64,000 nucleotides of DNA from an uncultured virus (IMG/VR IMGVR_UViG_3300025840_000026) (IMGVR_UViG_3300025840_000026); one strand, 5' to 3'. Positions 1 to 10,998 are shown, counted from the stretch's first letter. Notes: a model not told the origin generated them from the letters alone. Numbers and translations are program-made.

Positions 1-2
1 AC

Positions 3-830
3 TCAATCATTTTTACAACTAGACAGAGAAAAAATCGTGCATCATCATCTAATGATGTGTCTAGAAAAAGTCTACTATCATCTGACGAACAAGTGGAGAT
101 TCAACTCTATGTTCCTGATGAACTTAGCTCGTCATCAAATGTTCAATATGAAGCACAAGGTGTTGGTTCAGGTGCAAGGTCAGCAATCCAAGCTGCTGGG
201 GGTTTGTCACAGATTGGACAAGGTAATGTATTAGACGGATTAGGTGAGATGGGACAAGCTGCAATGACAGCTATATCCACAGGTCTACAAAATATGATGA
301 ACTCTGCAACAGGTAATGTGATGTTCTTTTTACAAGGTAAGGCAACTAATCCTATGCAAGAACAAATGTTAAAAGGTGTAGACTTTAGAACATTTTCATT
401 TAACTATATCTTTTTTCCTAAGTCACAACAAGAAGCACAGATGATTAACGACATCATCTATTATTTTAGAACTGCAATGTTACCTGATACCTATCCTGCA
501 ATGGGTGGTGGTGGAGATGACCCGTCAGATGTAGAAGGATTCTTTAACTATCCTAATGTTTGGGATATACAATTCGGTGGGCCAATTGCAGAAAAGGTAG
601 ACGGATTCCTTCCATGTGTATTAACCAAGTGTGATGTAAACCACACAGGTGGACTTAAGTTCTCTACTTACTATGACGGTCAACCAATCAAGACTTCCAT
701 GTCATTAGACTTTGCAGAAATTAAAATTCTCACTCAGGAATCTTATCAAGAGATTACTGCAAATCCAAAAGGTGGACAATCAGGATTGAAGTCTATGGAT
801 AGTATCTTAGATACTAGGACTGGGGGTTAA
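3..830 (+). CDS. gp48: Baseplate tail-tube cap (T4 gp48-like), 5'-truncated by the window edge
   Basis: Frame is open from position 3 (SIIFTTRQRKNR...) into the track ORF 57..830. Motifs NPMQEQMLKGVDFRTFSFNYIFFPKS and CVLTKCDVNHT; lies upstream of gp53. Confidence 0.8.
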   Translation, partial: SIIFTTRQRKNRASSSNDVSRKSLLSSDEQVEIQLYVPDELSSSSNVQYEAQGVGSGARSAIQAAGGLSQIGQGNVLDGLGEMGQAAMTAISTGLQNMMNSATGNVMFFLQGKATNPMQEQMLKGVDFRTFSFNYIFFPKSQQEAQMINDIIYYFRTAMLPDTYPAMGGGGDDPSDVEGFFNYPNVWDIQFGGPIAEKVDGFLPCVLTKCDVNHTGGLKFSTYYDGQPIKTSMSLDFAEIKILTQESYQEITANPKGGQSGLKSMDSILDTRTGG

Positions 831-832
831 AA

Positions 833-1546
833 GTGGCTAATCAATTATTTAAAAATTTTCCAAAACTTCAATATAAACTTTCTGATGGAAGAGTTATAAC
901 TATTCTAGATTTTTTTCGTAAAGCAAGAATAGAACAAGTTTCAATCCCTAGTTTAACAAACTACACCTATTATGAAATTCTAGACGGTGAAAGACCCGAT
1001 GTTGTAGCTGCAAAGTTATACGGAGACAGTGACCTACACTGGACACTATTCTTAGTTAATGAATACACTAACTACTACCAATGGTATCTAGATCAAGAAT
1101 CCTTTGGGTTGTTTATGGATGAGAAATATCCAGGCCAGGCATTAATAGCTGCAAACTATTCTGACATTGTAAATTCAACTAGTAAGTTTGTTTTAGGTGA
1201 GAAAATTACAACTCCTTCAGGTAAGGAAGGAAGAATCATAAAAATAGAACCTGAACACAAAAGAATCTGCACAGCTGCAGATAGTTTCGTAAATGGAGAA
1301 GTAGTCACTGGTTCAATCAGTGGAAAGTCCTTTACTATTCAAAGTGCAATTTGGGAAAAAGATGCAGTAGAATACTATGAGAATGCAGATGGTTTTAAAC
1401 GAAATCATGCAGGAGATGGTTGGACTGAAGTATCTAAATACGACCACGAGTATGAACACAACGAAGAAAGAAGAAACATTAAAGTAATTAAACCTGAGTT
1501 TATAAAGAGAGTAGTCTCAGAGTTTGAAAGAGTGATGAAAAACTAA
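833..1546 (+). CDS. gp53: Baseplate wedge subunit (gp53-like)
   Basis: FKNFPKLQY start; YEILDGERPDVVAAKLYGDSDLHW (LysM-like gp53 motif); C-terminal NEERRNIKVIKPE. Confidence 0.85.
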   Translation: MANQLFKNFPKLQYKLSDGRVITILDFFRKARIEQVSIPSLTNYTYYEILDGERPDVVAAKLYGDSDLHWTLFLVNEYTNYYQWYLDQESFGLFMDEKYPGQALIAANYSDIVNSTSKFVLGEKITTPSGKEGRIIKIEPEHKRICTAADSFVNGEVVTGSISGKSFTIQSAIWEKDAVEYYENADGFKRNHAGDGWTEVSKYDHEYEHNEERRNIKVIKPEFIKRVVSEFERVMKN

Positions 1547-2994
1547 TGAGTGAAAATTTTATACAGGGTCAATTTTCAATTGAAGCCCTGACCCTAATAA
1601 ACCAATATGGTGAATCAGTTGACATTAGAGGTTTGACTGATTCTTTTTATTTATTTGAAAGTATCTATGAAAAATTTATAACTGCACAACTTGGAATTAT
1701 TGATGGTTTAGGATTACTAAAAAATTATCGATTTTCAGGACAAGAGTTTATTCGTATTGCAATTAAACAAAAGGAAGGAATGGGTGAAGATGCACCTGTT
1801 GAATACACTATCGATAAAACATTCAGAGTATATAAAGCAGGTAACATAGTTCGTGCAGAAGAAAAGGTAGAAGGGTTTATTTTATATTTGATTGAACCAA
1901 GAGCATTTAACTGTATTAGAACAAGATTGAGTAGAGTGTTACGAGGTTCTTACGATGACATGTTAGAAAATGTTTTAGTAAACGAAGCAAAAATACCTAC
2001 TGAGGAATTCGACCATTGGGAAGAAACTGTCCCTGATAATTTCCAATTTATCTGTCCTAACTGGACAGCTGGTAAGGTGATAGATTATTGTGTAAATAAT
2101 GGGGATACAGGTTTATCGTCAGATTGGAGAAATAGTATGTTTTTCTTCCAAACATTAAACGGTGGATTTAGATATCAAAGTGTGGGGGACATGTTCACAA
2201 AAGAATTTCCTCTACCATTTTCTTTCCGACCTAGAAATTCAGACCCTAACACAAATGAAGCTGATTTAAATGCAAAGGGGGGATTGAACACTCAAATTTT
2301 ATCATTTAATAAACCTCAAGTATTTGATACCTTAACAGGAACCGTTGGTGGTGCATATGCATCTATGATGAAAACATATGACCCTGTTAGAAAGATTGAG
2401 GAAGATGTTATTTTTGATATGAAAGAAACATTTGAAAGAGGTCAACATCTTTCGGGACATCCAATGATACACATAGAAGATGATTATGAATATGTATTCA
2501 CATCTGAGAATCAAACAGATGCAGAACAATCACCACCGATTACTGAATTAGATGTAGACCTACCACCCAATAAACACTTTACTAGTTTAGTAGATTATGA
2601 CATACAAATGAATCATTCCTACGATGACAGCAGTGATATATCAACTAATGATGTATTTAAAGGTATTGATAATAAAGACAATGCAAAATTAGAAAGAAGA
2701 GCTTTACTCGAAACACTCCAACAAAATAGAATTGAAGTTACTATTCCTTTAAGAACAGATTTATCAGTAGGAACAATTATCATTTTAAAACTTCCTTCAA
2801 ATGAACCAACTTCTGAACAAGATATAACAGATAAATTAAACGATGGTAGATATTTGATTACAGACATCAATATTGTTGGTGAACCACAAAAAGGTGCTGG
2901 GGTGATGAACATTGAATGTGTAAAAGAGAGTTACATGGATAAACTAATAAATGTTAAACCATTACTCTCTACTGCAAATCCTGAGGTATTATAA
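1546..2994 (+). CDS. Putative baseplate hub protein
   Basis: 482 aa between gp53 and gp5. FESIY...LGIIDG and LSVGTII...DGRYLIT motifs resemble contractile-tail hub proteins. Call is mostly positional. Confidence 0.55.
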   Translation: MSENFIQGQFSIEALTLINQYGESVDIRGLTDSFYLFESIYEKFITAQLGIIDGLGLLKNYRFSGQEFIRIAIKQKEGMGEDAPVEYTIDKTFRVYKAGNIVRAEEKVEGFILYLIEPRAFNCIRTRLSRVLRGSYDDMLENVLVNEAKIPTEEFDHWEETVPDNFQFICPNWTAGKVIDYCVNNGDTGLSSDWRNSMFFFQTLNGGFRYQSVGDMFTKEFPLPFSFRPRNSDPNTNEADLNAKGGLNTQILSFNKPQVFDTLTGTVGGAYASMMKTYDPVRKIEEDVIFDMKETFERGQHLSGHPMIHIEDDYEYVFTSENQTDAEQSPPITELDVDLPPNKHFTSLVDYDIQMNHSYDDSSDISTNDVFKGIDNKDNAKLERRALLETLQQNRIEVTIPLRTDLSVGTIIILKLPSNEPTSEQDITDKLNDGRYLITDINIVGEPQKGAGVMNIECVKESYMDKLINVKPLLSTANPEVL

Positions 2995-2996
2995 TA

Positions 2997-4280
2997 ATGC
3001 AAACATTTTATGGTATAGTAGAAGACAGAAACGACCCACTTAAAATTGGAAGGGTTCGTGTTCGTGTGCATGGTATTCATACAGACAATAAACAAATGAT
3101 ATCGACACCCGATTTACCATGGTGTCAAGTTCTTCTTCCTACAACCAGTGCAGGACTCTCAGGTATTGGAACACAACACGGACTCGTTGAAGGGTCAACA
3201 GTGTTTGGTGTCTTTAGAGATAAAGACATGCAAGACCCCATAGTATTTGGTGTTGCAGCTGGTATAAGTCAAAGTGGATACAGAGAAACATCAACGGATG
3301 AACTTTTATCTCGTGGTGTCGATAAAGGATTCAACGACCCTAGACGATTAACATTGAATGCATATGTAGACACACCCGATGGCCCAAATCCTCAACATGC
3401 ACCTAACAGACCACATGGTCTTACCCTTGCAATGGATACTGCACCCAAGTCACCTGAATCTTTAGATATTAAATACGATTCAACTGGGTCAAAAATTACA
3501 GAACAGGAAGTCACAGAAGATAAACTTCCATGGTATCCATTATATGTAGATGACTCAGATTTGTCAAATCTTGCACGAGGTGAAAAACTAAACCATGCAA
3601 TTAAAGAGACAGAAGAAGAAAGACCTGAAGAACAAAAACTACTAGATGATTTTGTAGACGTTCAGTCAGAACCCGTATATCCTTTTAACAAAGTTATTCA
3701 ATCAGAGTCAGGTCATGTTTTTGAAATGGATGACACTGTTGGAAAAGAACGACTAAACATTCATCATAGGTCAGGAACCTTCCATGAGATTCATCCTGAT
3801 GGTTCTGAAGTAACTAGAGTTGTGAACAACAACTACACTGCAATTTTAAAAGATGATAAGTTGTATGTGGCTGGTAATGTTGATTTGCAAGTTGGTTATG
3901 GTAATGTTACCATTAATGTTAGCACTGGGAATGTAGTGACTAATGTTGCAAAGGGTAATGTAGACATGACAGTTTCAGAAGGTAATGTAAATTCAACCAT
4001 AACTAAAGGAAACTTTACAGGAACAATCGGTGGGACAACCGATGTAACCTCAGAAGGTAAGATTACAATTACAGGTAATAACACTACAGAGATTATTTCT
4101 AACACTACGGTGACAGGGACACTTCATGTAACTGGTGTCCAAACTAATGATTCTACCATCCATGCAAAAGGTGACATCTCTACAGATGCAGGTAACGGCC
4201 CAACACTTGCAACACATAAACACAAGTATAAGGTTCCAGTCCATGTTGCAAGTAATTCAGATACAGATAAACCTAGTTAG
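2997..4280 (+). CDS. gp5: Baseplate central spike (gp5-like: OB-fold plus beta-helix; no lysozyme domain visible)
   Basis: FYGIVEDRNDPLKIGRVRVRVHGIH; YPFNKVIQSESGHVFEMDDT; C-terminal GNV repeats and THKH. Confidence 0.9.
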   Translation: MQTFYGIVEDRNDPLKIGRVRVRVHGIHTDNKQMISTPDLPWCQVLLPTTSAGLSGIGTQHGLVEGSTVFGVFRDKDMQDPIVFGVAAGISQSGYRETSTDELLSRGVDKGFNDPRRLTLNAYVDTPDGPNPQHAPNRPHGLTLAMDTAPKSPESLDIKYDSTGSKITEQEVTEDKLPWYPLYVDDSDLSNLARGEKLNHAIKETEEERPEEQKLLDDFVDVQSEPVYPFNKVIQSESGHVFEMDDTVGKERLNIHHRSGTFHEIHPDGSEVTRVVNNNYTAILKDDKLYVAGNVDLQVGYGNVTINVSTGNVVTNVAKGNVDMTVSEGNVNSTITKGNFTGTIGGTTDVTSEGKITITGNNTTEIISNTTVTGTLHVTGVQTNDSTIHAKGDISTDAGNGPTLATHKHKYKVPVHVASNSDTDKPS

Positions 4281-4284
4281 GATG

Positions 4285-4292
4285 TATAAATA
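4285..4292 (+). promoter_or_regulatory. T4-type late promoter TATAAATA, 5 nt before the gp25 ATG
   Basis: Exact gp55 consensus. Confidence 0.75.
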
Positions 4293-4297
4293 GTATA

Positions 4298-4714
4298 ATG
4301 GTTGATATAGTTAATAAAGCAAAAATAGTAGTAAATGACAATCTATATTCTGACATAGACCTACTCTTTTCTGCTCACCCCATTACAGGTGATGTGAGTA
4401 GACGGACAGACTCAGATGCAATCAAGAGGTCAGTAAAAAACATAGTATTAACTAATTACTATGAAAGACCATTTAAACCTAGTTTAGGTGGTGGTCTAAG
4501 AAATATGCTTTTTGAATTAGACACAGATAGAAGACTACAACGTGTTCAAAAACAATTAAAGAATACTATTGAAACTTTTGAACCTAGAGTTAGTAATGTT
4601 TTCATCACGTTAAACAAACTTGATAATAACGAACTGAGTGTAACTGTGAACTACTCTATAAAATCAGGACAACCATCACAACAGACACAGTTTAATATAA
4701 GAAGGACACGATAA
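4298..4714 (+). CDS. gp25: Baseplate wedge subunit (gp25-like)
   Basis: YSDIDL; AIKRSVKNIVLTNYYERPFKP; IETFEPRV. Confidence 0.9.
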   Translation: MVDIVNKAKIVVNDNLYSDIDLLFSAHPITGDVSRRTDSDAIKRSVKNIVLTNYYERPFKPSLGGGLRNMLFELDTDRRLQRVQKQLKNTIETFEPRVSNVFITLNKLDNNELSVTVNYSIKSGQPSQQTQFNIRRTR

Positions 4715-6585
4715 TGACAACTAAAAGTTCACAGATTAATGTTACAGATTTAGACTTTGAAGGTATTGGTGATAATCTTAAGAACTATCTTAAGGGACAA
4801 GACAGATTAAAAGACTATGACTTTGAAGGTTCAACCCTTTCAGTCATTATTGACCTTCTTTCTTATGCATCACATATCAGTGCAGTAAACACTAACATTG
4901 CAGCTTCAGAGTTATTCTTAGACTCTGCACAAATTAGAAAAAATGTAGTGTCACGTGCAAAAGATTTGGGATTTGTTCCTGCATCTGAGAAAGCATCAAA
5001 GGCTATCGTTGAGATGAGTCTTAGAAATGTTAGAAATGCAGATGGAACATTCCCTACACTTAATGAAATGACTCTCTTAAGAGGTTCAAGATTTCAAACA
5101 GTGTTTGACGGTTCAACTTATGAGTTTGTAGTTTCATCTTCAGTTAAACCAACACAAAACAGTGCAACCTATAACTATGTGGACATTCCACTTGTTCAGG
5201 GAACTTACGTAACAGATGTATTTGTATACGACAGACAGGTTAAAAATTCTAAGTTTGTATTATCAAATGAGAGAGTAGATAGAGCATACATTGATGTTGC
5301 AGTTAACTCAGGTGGGACTTCAACAACATTCAGTCTTTCAACAGATGTATCAAACATTAATACACAGAGTGCAGTCTACTACACCCAAGAAAACGAAGAA
5401 GGTCACACTGAAGTATATTTCGGTGACGGAGTATTAGGTAAGGAACTTTTAGACGGTGACATTATCACTGTTACTTATATTGTTGTTTCAAAAGAACATG
5501 CTGAAGGTGCAAAAACATTCCAACAGTTGACAACCATCAATGGATTCAGTGATTCAGTAATCACCACTATTGAAAAAGCAGCTGGTGGTTCAGAGAAAGA
5601 ATCAATAGAGTCTATCAAATTTAAAGCAAACAAATTCTACACTTCACAAAACAGACTAGTGACACTTAACGACTATAAAGCAAAAGTATCAGAGTATTAT
5701 CCAAATGCAGATGCAGTTGCAGTGTGGGGTGGTGAAGATAACAGCCCACCTGAATACGGTAAGGTGTTTCTTGCAATCAAACCTACAAACAATGACTACT
5801 TAACAACAGAAGAAAAAAGAGTTATTAGAAATAAACTTGATCAGTTAAACATGTTAACTGTAAGACCAGTTATTGTAGACCCTGCAATCGTTAAGATTAT
5901 TATTTCAACAACATTCAAATACAATCCAAATTTCACACAGTTATCAAAAGGTGAACTGGAGACAATAGTATCTAATGCAATTATAAACTATGATGATATG
6001 AATCTGAATAACTTTGATTCTATCTTCAGACATTCAAAACTAGTGAATGCAATCGATGAAGCAGAAACATCTGTTCTTTCCAATATTACAAATATTCGTT
6101 TAAGAAAGAGAGAGTCAGTTACAATAGGACAAAACTTAGGTTTCTATGCAGACTTTGCTAATGGTTTCTACCATCCTAATGATACCTATAACAAATCAGG
6201 TGGTGGTATTTTATCAACCACAGGATTTTATGTTCAAGGAGATTCAGTCAACGTCCAATACTTTGACGATGACGGGTCAGGCAACCTGAGAAGATACTAT
6301 CTCTCGGGTGCAGTAAGAGTTTACCAAGATAATCAAGCTGGTTCAGTTGATTATTCAAACGGAAAAATAACAATTGGGTCTATCACAATAACTTCTACAG
6401 TTAATACAGATAGTTCCATTGATTTCACTGTTATACCTAACAGTTATGATGTAGTAGCAACTAGAGGTAATCTAATTGATATATCTGCGTCAGACATTTC
6501 GGTAAAAGGTGAAGTAGACACCATCGCAAGTGGTGAATCGAGTGCAGGTGTTGGATATCGTTCAACATCGAGCTCAGACTATTAA
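4714..6585 (+). CDS. gp6: Baseplate wedge subunit (gp6-like)
   Basis: DLDFEGI...DYDFEGSTLS; ELFLDSAQIRKNVVSRAKDLG; QNRLVTLNDY; WGGEDNSPPEYGKVFLAIKP. Confidence 0.92.
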   Translation: MTTKSSQINVTDLDFEGIGDNLKNYLKGQDRLKDYDFEGSTLSVIIDLLSYASHISAVNTNIAASELFLDSAQIRKNVVSRAKDLGFVPASEKASKAIVEMSLRNVRNADGTFPTLNEMTLLRGSRFQTVFDGSTYEFVVSSSVKPTQNSATYNYVDIPLVQGTYVTDVFVYDRQVKNSKFVLSNERVDRAYIDVAVNSGGTSTTFSLSTDVSNINTQSAVYYTQENEEGHTEVYFGDGVLGKELLDGDIITVTYIVVSKEHAEGAKTFQQLTTINGFSDSVITTIEKAAGGSEKESIESIKFKANKFYTSQNRLVTLNDYKAKVSEYYPNADAVAVWGGEDNSPPEYGKVFLAIKPTNNDYLTTEEKRVIRNKLDQLNMLTVRPVIVDPAIVKIIISTTFKYNPNFTQLSKGELETIVSNAIINYDDMNLNNFDSIFRHSKLVNAIDEAETSVLSNITNIRLRKRESVTIGQNLGFYADFANGFYHPNDTYNKSGGGILSTTGFYVQGDSVNVQYFDDDGSGNLRRYYLSGAVRVYQDNQAGSVDYSNGKITIGSITITSTVNTDSSIDFTVIPNSYDVVATRGNLIDISASDISVKGEVDTIASGESSAGVGYRSTSSSDY

Positions 6586-6657
6586 TAATGAAAGGAGTGA
6601 TCAGGAGTCCCCTGAGTAGTTTCCCATTAATTTGGATTAAATAAGGAGAAAACCAAA

Positions 6658-7131
6658 ATGGCAGATAAAAAAATAAGTGCATTAACACAAGTTGCAGATT
6701 CAGACATCGGTGCCGATGATCTTTTGCATATTGTAGACAACCCTGGCGGCACACCAGTAAATAAGAAGATGACTATTGGTCAGCTTTTTGAAAATATCCC
6801 AACGCATTTAGCGATTGACGATATTAACACACTGACAGCAACAGCATCAAACCTTGCATCCACTTTTGCAACAGCAATTGATGGTTCTGCATTTTCAGCT
6901 AATGTTGCATTTACATTAGATGACGGAACAGATACAGGACAGATTAAAGTAATCTATGCCTCAACTGAACCTGCATCTAGTTACAGTGCAAACATCACTG
7001 TATCATCATGGGGGTATTCAACAGATACCACAGAACAAATTATTCTTGATTCAAGAGGTGAAGCTGTGATTTGTATTTGGGACGGTTCTAACTGGTTCCC
7101 AATTTCAACTGTTGGAGCTACATTAAGTTAA
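6658..7131 (+). CDS. Small virion structural protein inserted between gp6 and gp7
   Basis: AAGGAG RBS. MADKKISALT N-terminus typical of phage fibre/structural proteins; beta-rich C-terminus (WDGSNW). Confidence 0.6.
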   Translation: MADKKISALTQVADSDIGADDLLHIVDNPGGTPVNKKMTIGQLFENIPTHLAIDDINTLTATASNLASTFATAIDGSAFSANVAFTLDDGTDTGQIKVIYASTEPASSYSANITVSSWGYSTDTTEQIILDSRGEAVICIWDGSNWFPISTVGATLS

Positions 7132-7143
7132 GGTAACCTCTAA

Positions 7144-10100
7144 ATGTCACACCAAGAGTATATCTCTGAAAAATTAAGTCACAGACTTCCCTCTCTGCTC
7201 CCCGAGCATTTGAGAGAGGAGTCTCCTGCACTTGAACAATTCTTAAGAGCATATTTTGAATTCTTGGAAGCTGAGATTCTAGTTTTAGAATCTCAGAGTG
7301 ACCTAGACGGAGTTGCATTGGAAGATGGTCAAGGTTCTCTTTTATTAGAGACTGCGACCGTCTCTCCATCTCCCGATCAAGACACTTCTAAAGTTATCAA
7401 TGAAAGAAGTGCAACAAATACAAAGTCATATGCAGACCCATTTATCGTAGGTGAATATATCTACGGTAAGACCAATGGTGCTGTATCTCGCATTGATGTT
7501 ATCAATGGAAACATATTATATGTTAAAGCCGTTTCAGGAAACGGTTACTCTCCAAAAGAAGTTGTAGAGGGTAGAGATGGTGGTCAAACTGCAATTGTTA
7601 AATCTTATAAAGAAAATACAATTACTGCTAGTAATAGACTTTTAGACTATTCAGATATTGACCATACCACAGAAGATTTCTTAGACTATTTTCAGAAGGA
7701 CTTTGTTCCTTCACTTGATTTAAGAAATGTTGTCAACAAACGTTTGACAATCAAGAACATTAAAGATTTATACAAGAAAAAGGGAACACAAGAATCAGTT
7801 CAGTTCCTAATGCGTTTGTTGTTCGGTCAAGATGCAGAGATTAGATATCCCGACAACGAAACCATGTATCTTTCTGATTCAAACTATAATCAGAGAAGAA
7901 GCCTTGCAGTTAGAATGACCTCAGGTATTCCAAGTGCAACAGACAAAATTACAGAATACTACGATGACACAAATAGAAGAATCGTTACTGCACAAGCTAA
8001 TGTTGAGAATGTATATGCAATTGACACAAATAGTGGTATATACTACTGTGACATAACTCAGAACCATTATGGTGAGTTCACTATTGGTAAGGATGTATCA
8101 TTCTTAGATAGAGATGAAATCACAGAATACCGTGGTGAAATCCTTGGTATCATATCAGATTTTGATAAAGGAACAGAGTCTTCCTCTATTTTTATTTCAC
8201 ACGATGACGATGGTATTATTACATTAGAATCAGGTTTAGCTGCATCATATGACGGTGATTACGAACCACACAAACCAAACTTAGAAACAACAGTTGGTGG
8301 TGCATTAACATTAGAATATAATAGAAGTGGTTCTATGTATTCTATAAATGACAAACTAAACTTCAAAGGTGCAGTAGATAACACTAGAGATGCAGATGAA
8401 TCATTAACAGTCATCAGTGCATTGTTATCAGGAACCGTAGACGAAATCTATATTGAAGACGGTGGTCTTAACTACGAAGGTGGTGAGATGGTTGTCTTTG
8501 AAGAAGACGGAACGGAAGGTAACGGTGCAGAAGGTATAATCGGTTCTACTGGTGACGAGATTGTATTAGAGAATGCAACCTACTGGGGTCAATTTGAAAT
8601 ACATGCAGAGACCAATGGTCAAACACTATTCGGTGGGCCTGGAGTCAAAGATGTTAATGGTAGATACATTGTCTTCAATGATAATCAGATTGATGTCTAT
8701 GTTGATGGTGTTCTTCAAGTTAAATCTGCATACACATCTCAGAACGATAGAGTTACATTTACAAGTGGATTAAATGCAGGTCAGATAGTTGAGATATACA
8801 CTCAGTATAATAGACTGTTAAATGAAAATGGTAGTGTCATTAACTATGATGGCTACATCGATTCTGCAACAAACACACTGGTTTCAAACGATGGTAGAAT
8901 TAGAAGTATACAAATCAATGACGGTGGTGTAGGTTTCACTAAACCACCTAGAGTGTATCCAGGCGGATACATTTATTTCGATGATATCACAGGGTTTGAG
9001 GTTGGTGAACAGGTAGAAGGAACAACAAGTGGTGCAACTGCAACCATTATTAAACTACAACCAAAAGAAAAAAGAGTTTTAGTCAAACGAGAATCAACTG
9101 ATACAGGTGTTTTTCAAAACGGTGAAGAGATTGTTGGACAGACATCCAATACTCAAAAAATAAACAGAAGACAAACCGTTGCAACTGGAACAGGTGCAAA
9201 ACTATTTGTTTGGTCAGATAGTATTGGTGGTGTAGGAACAATCAATGTTCAAAGTCAAGGATATGACTTTGACAAGGATGCACAGTTATCTGAGACATCC
9301 CATTTCAACATGTTGATAACTGCTCCAACTGCAAACTTGACAAGAGACCTAACCATTACTGGAGATATTTCAGGAACCACAGGTAAGGTTGTATCATACG
9401 ATTCAAATACTCATGTTCTCACCTACACACAATTAGACGGTTACTTCTTAGACAATGAGACGGTAAGTTTTAACATTGTTGATGAGTTCACAGTTCTACG
9501 TTCTAATCCATTCTTTGGTAGAGGTGTTCATGCAGGTGAAGGTATTATCCAAAAACAATTGTTGGGTGACAGGGGAATACTTGATGCAGATGCAGTAAAC
9601 CTACAAGATGGTTTATACTACCAAACACACTCCTATGTAATTAGAGTTGGTGAGTCAATCAACAAATATAGAAGTATTGTAAAAGACTTAATTCACCCAG
9701 CTGGTCATATATTCTTTGGTGAGGTTGCAATTAAGAATGTGATTGATGATGCACAAGTTGTTTCCACATTCCGTCCTACTATCATCATCAAACTCCATCC
9801 AACTTGGAGATATGAACTAGAAAATGCTTCTAGAGACTTGTATACAAGTTTTGCAGAGAGAGACGATGAGTCTCATATAATCTTTGAACAGGGTGGGTAT
9901 CCTCTATTAGAGGACGGCCCTGATATGAAGGCAGTTACCGTTCATGAACATATCCTATTTCTTCATCTAGATGATGGTGGTGTTGGACATGACTTAAAAT
10001 CAATTCTTAGAGCAGCTGGTATTCCTGATGCAGAGACAGACCCAAGAACAGGTCTTGCAATCACTAATACAGTATACGACACTACAAATGTTACGAACCC

Positions 10101-10950
10101 TGCTGGTGCAGCAAGTGGTAGAGACACAGAGGTTGGTGACTCTTCAATGAGAAGTAGACACTTAAACATTAACATCATCAATTCATTTGCACACACTTAT
10201 ACACAGGGTTCACCTCGTATAGATGGTGCAACCTCAGTTTTAAACCTTGTAAGAGCAGACAATAACTACCTTGCATTAGGAACAGATGATGCAGATAATA
10301 TCTCATGGCCATATACAAAGAGACCATCAGATCAAGGTAAGGTGTTTCAAATCTCTGATGCATTTACAGAAGAACATTTAATACACGAAGACGGTAGTCA
10401 TATTATATTGGAAGAAGAAGCATGTCTCTTAAGATTTGAACCTTCTGCACATGCAATTCATAAAGGTGACTATGGAGACAACATATTAAGTGAAGATGGT
10501 GAAACACTTCTTCGTTTAGAGACTGCAACTACAGAAGAAGAAATTGATTTCTTTGTAACAGAAAGATCAATAGAGTTGACAGGAAAACATTTATATTATG
10601 AAGATGGAATAAATATCATCACTGAAGAAGGTGATTATATTATTAGAGAAGAGAGTGGTGCAAACCATTCTACATCTTTTGTTCCGATGGGTTCTACTTT
10701 GAGAACCATAAATACAATCAGTAGTCAAAATGCATATGATATTGCATACTACTTAAAAGATGAAACCGATGGTGACGATATACTTTTAGAAGATGGTTAC
10801 GGTAACCTACTCAGTGAGGAATCAAAATCAGAAGGTCTCAGAATTCATCAGCTTGATGCATTCTATCCAAACTTCTTTATTGCAGAATATGATAATCATG
10901 CAAGAAGAAGGACAAATTTAACATTTAGTGCTTATGTAAAGTCTGCATAA
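7144..10950 (+). CDS. gp7: Baseplate wedge initiator (gp7-like)
   Basis: FLRAYFEFLE; IKNIKDLYKKKGT; LQDGLYYQTHSYVI; LIHPAGHIFFGE; repeated LLEDG motifs; lies before gp8. Confidence 0.8.
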   Translation: MSHQEYISEKLSHRLPSLLPEHLREESPALEQFLRAYFEFLEAEILVLESQSDLDGVALEDGQGSLLLETATVSPSPDQDTSKVINERSATNTKSYADPFIVGEYIYGKTNGAVSRIDVINGNILYVKAVSGNGYSPKEVVEGRDGGQTAIVKSYKENTITASNRLLDYSDIDHTTEDFLDYFQKDFVPSLDLRNVVNKRLTIKNIKDLYKKKGTQESVQFLMRLLFGQDAEIRYPDNETMYLSDSNYNQRRSLAVRMTSGIPSATDKITEYYDDTNRRIVTAQANVENVYAIDTNSGIYYCDITQNHYGEFTIGKDVSFLDRDEITEYRGEILGIISDFDKGTESSSIFISHDDDGIITLESGLAASYDGDYEPHKPNLETTVGGALTLEYNRSGSMYSINDKLNFKGAVDNTRDADESLTVISALLSGTVDEIYIEDGGLNYEGGEMVVFEEDGTEGNGAEGIIGSTGDEIVLENATYWGQFEIHAETNGQTLFGGPGVKDVNGRYIVFNDNQIDVYVDGVLQVKSAYTSQNDRVTFTSGLNAGQIVEIYTQYNRLLNENGSVINYDGYIDSATNTLVSNDGRIRSIQINDGGVGFTKPPRVYPGGYIYFDDITGFEVGEQVEGTTSGATATIIKLQPKEKRVLVKRESTDTGVFQNGEEIVGQTSNTQKINRRQTVATGTGAKLFVWSDSIGGVGTINVQSQGYDFDKDAQLSETSHFNMLITAPTANLTRDLTITGDISGTTGKVVSYDSNTHVLTYTQLDGYFLDNETVSFNIVDEFTVLRSNPFFGRGVHAGEGIIQKQLLGDRGILDADAVNLQDGLYYQTHSYVIRVGESINKYRSIVKDLIHPAGHIFFGEVAIKNVIDDAQVVSTFRPTIIIKLHPTWRYELENASRDLYTSFAERDDESHIIFEQGGYPLLEDGPDMKAVTVHEHILFLHLDDGGVGHDLKSILRAAGIPDAETDPRTGLAITNTVYDTTNVTNPAGAASGRDTEVGDSSMRSRHLNINIINSFAHTYTQGSPRIDGATSVLNLVRADNNYLALGTDDADNISWPYTKRPSDQGKVFQISDAFTEEHLIHEDGSHIILEEEACLLRFEPSAHAIHKGDYGDNILSEDGETLLRLETATTEEEIDFFVTERSIELTGKHLYYEDGINIITEEGDYIIREESGANHSTSFVPMGSTLRTINTISSQNAYDIAYYLKDETDGDDILLEDGYGNLLSEESKSEGLRIHQLDAFYPNFFIAEYDNHARRRTNLTFSAYVKSA

Positions 10951-10953
10951 GTG

Positions 10954-10972
10954 TATAAATAGTATATAAATA
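10954..10972 (+). promoter_or_regulatory. Tandem late promoters TATAAATA (10954-10961, 10965-10972)
   Basis: Two exact consensus copies upstream of gp8. Confidence 0.7.
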
Positions 10973-10998
10973 ACTACATATCTGAGGAGATATAAGAA

